The notes below the pieces were generated by a model, which was not told the DNA's origin, made no database searches, and saw nothing but the letters and a program-made list of their open reading frames with translations. Both the position numbers and the translations under genes were made by a program. Below are positions 62,480-64,000 of a stretch of 64,000 bases of DNA, in pieces (positions within the stretch are counted from its first letter, which is position 1; each line of letters begins with the position of its first letter). This stretch comes from the human T2T-CHM13v2.0 reference genome, Homo sapiens. The stretch is from the NCBI RefSeq assembly GCF_009914755.1, contig NC_060937.1; one strand, 5' to 3'.

Positions 62480-64000
62480 AGTACATCAAATATAAATTAT
62501 ATACTGTACATAAAATACCAAAGTACCCCAAATATATAGTATATGCTGTACATGCAATATCAAAGTTCACAAACTATATATTATATATTGTACATAAAAT
62601 ATCAAAGTACCCAAGGTATATATTCTATACTGTACAAAAAATATCAAAGTACCCAAAACATGTATTATATACTGTACATAAAATATGAAAGTACATCAAA
62701 TATATATTTTATTCTGTACATAAAATATCAAAGTACACCAAATATATATTCTATAGTGTACATAAAATATCAAAGTACCCAAACTATACATTATAAACTG
62801 TACATAAAATATGAAATTACATCAAATATATATTATATTAGGTACATAAAATATGAAAGTACATGAAATATATATTATATACTGTACATAAAATACCAAA
62901 GTACCCCAAATACATATTATATACTGTACATGAAATATCAAAGTTCACAAACTATATATTATATACTATACATAAAATAACAAAGTACCGAAGGTATATA
63001 TTCTATACTGTACAAAAAATATCAAAGTACCCAAAGCATGTATTATATACTGTACATAAAATATGAAAGTATATGAAATATATATTTTATTCTGTACATA
63101 AAATATCAAATTACACAAAATATATATTCTATAGTGTACATAAAATATCAAAGTACCCAAACTATACATTATATACTGTACAAAAAATATGAAATTACAT
63201 CAAATATATATTATATTAGGTACATAAAATATGAAAGTACATCAAATATAGATTATATACTGTACATAAAATACGAAAGAACCCCAAATATATATTATAT
63301 ACTGTACATGAAATATCAAAGTTCACAAACTATATATTATATACTGTACATAAAATATAAAAGTGCCCAAGGTATATATTCTATACTGTACAAAAAATAT
63401 CAAAGTACCCAAAACATGTACTATATACTGTACATAAAATATGAAAGTACATCAAATATATATTTTATTCTGTACATAAAATATCAAAGTACACCAAATA
63501 TATATTCTATAGTGTACATAAAATATCAAAATACCCAAACTATACATTATATACTGTACATAAAATATGAAATTACATCAAATATATATTATATTAGGTA
63601 CCTAAAATATGAAAGTACATCAAATATAAATTATATACTGTACATAAAATAACAAAGAAACCCAAATATATATTATATACTGTACATGAAATATCAAAGT
63701 TCACAAACTATATATTATATACTGTACATAAAATATCAAAGTACCCAAGGTATATATTCCATACTCTACAAAAAATATCAAAGTACCCAAAGCATGTATT
63801 ATATACTGTTCATAAAATATGAAAGTACATCAAATATATATTTTATTCTGTACATAAAATATCAAAGTACACTAAATATATATTCTATAGTGTACATAAA
63901 ATATCAAAGTACCCAAACTATACATTATATACTGTACATAAAATATGAAATTACATCAAATATATATTATATTAGGTACATAAAATATGAAAGTACATCA
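62480..64000. repeat. 378-bp 9-mer domain, duplicate of 49601-51121
   Basis: Identical ORFs at 49664/62543, 49984/62863, 50087/62966 and 50255/63134 (offset 12,879). Confidence 0.92.

Larger units (their letters stand above)
1..64000. repeat. Human Satellite 1A (HSat1A / satellite I / SAR) tandem array, 42-bp monomer, single orientation; extends beyond both window edges
   Basis: Continuous 42-bp periodicity. GTAC usually occurs twice per monomer, giving 17+25 bp subunits (gtacataaaatatcaaa / gtacccaaactatatattatatact). About 9 G+C per 42 bp. The translated track repeats every 14 aa. Family assignment rests on the known 42-bp (17+25) unit and 378-bp 9-mer of HSat1A. Confidence 0.96.

Noticed and set aside
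41245-62539. Overlapping ATGA stop/start ORF chain resembling a translationally coupled operon
   Set aside because: The fixed 1-bp deletion in each 587-bp unit shifts the frame so that the consensus 'catgaa' supplies both TGA and ATG. It is coincidental.
4908-63169. Minus-strand hydrophobic ORFs (MYSLGTLIFYVQ...) as membrane peptides
   Set aside because: They open only where a point variant removes the consensus minus-strand TGA (tca changed on the + strand). They are the antisense of the satellite.
90-63652. Plus-strand ORFs (61-1209 aa) as protein-coding genes
   Set aside because: They are pure translations of the 42-bp repeat, with no unique domain or gene context. Stops and frameshifts are scattered and copied by duplication.
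1-64000. CRISPR array (conserved 'tgtacataaaatat' core with variable intervening sequence)
   Set aside because: The apparent spacers are homologous to each other and recur every nine monomers. There are no unique spacers, leader or cas genes.
1-64000. TATA boxes, promoters, terminators or hairpins
   Set aside because: TATATA, TGTACA and GTAC palindromes occur in almost every monomer. No site is distinguished and no long inverted repeat was seen.
1-64000. Alpha satellite, HSat1B, HSat2/3 or telomeric repeat
   Set aside because: No 171-bp period or CENP-B box, no Alu-containing ~2.4-kb unit (the 2478-bp period consists only of 42-mers), and no CATTC or TTAGGG repeats.
1-64000. Assignment to a specific chromosome
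   Set aside because: HSat1A occurs on several chromosomes (3, 4 and acrocentrics), and nothing in the window lets me place it without alignment.

Overview
The whole 64 kb window is one uninterrupted, single-orientation, AT-rich (about 79% from the consensus monomer) tandem satellite. The 42-bp monomer has consensus ~GTACATAAAATATCAAA-GTACCCAAACTATATATTATATACT, i.e. alternating 17-bp and 25-bp RsaI pieces, and is arranged in a 378-bp 9-monomer higher-order repeat (HOR). This matches human/great-ape Human Satellite 1A (HSat1A; classical satellite I; Repbase SAR), found in pericentromeric and acrocentric short-arm heterochromatin. I see no genes, RNA genes, transposons, CRISPR array or inversions. 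All listed ORFs arise because the monomer length is a multiple of 3 and one frame is nearly stop-free. The interesting content is the nested structure. (i) Two homogeneous blocks of a derived 587-bp 14-mer HOR (14 and 10 full copies) lie inside a very recent ~15.2-kb tandem duplication. (ii) There is a near-identical 10,117-bp-offset duplication. (iii) Local duplications have offsets of 2478, 2268, 1846/1468 and 1134 bp. (iv) Structural HOR variants include a 5-mer, an 8-mer and a 377-bp unit. (v) The 9-mer itself has a 4+4+1 internal paralogy. Coordinates were derived by eye from marker variants and ORF offsets, so boundaries are approximate. I cannot check novelty against databases.
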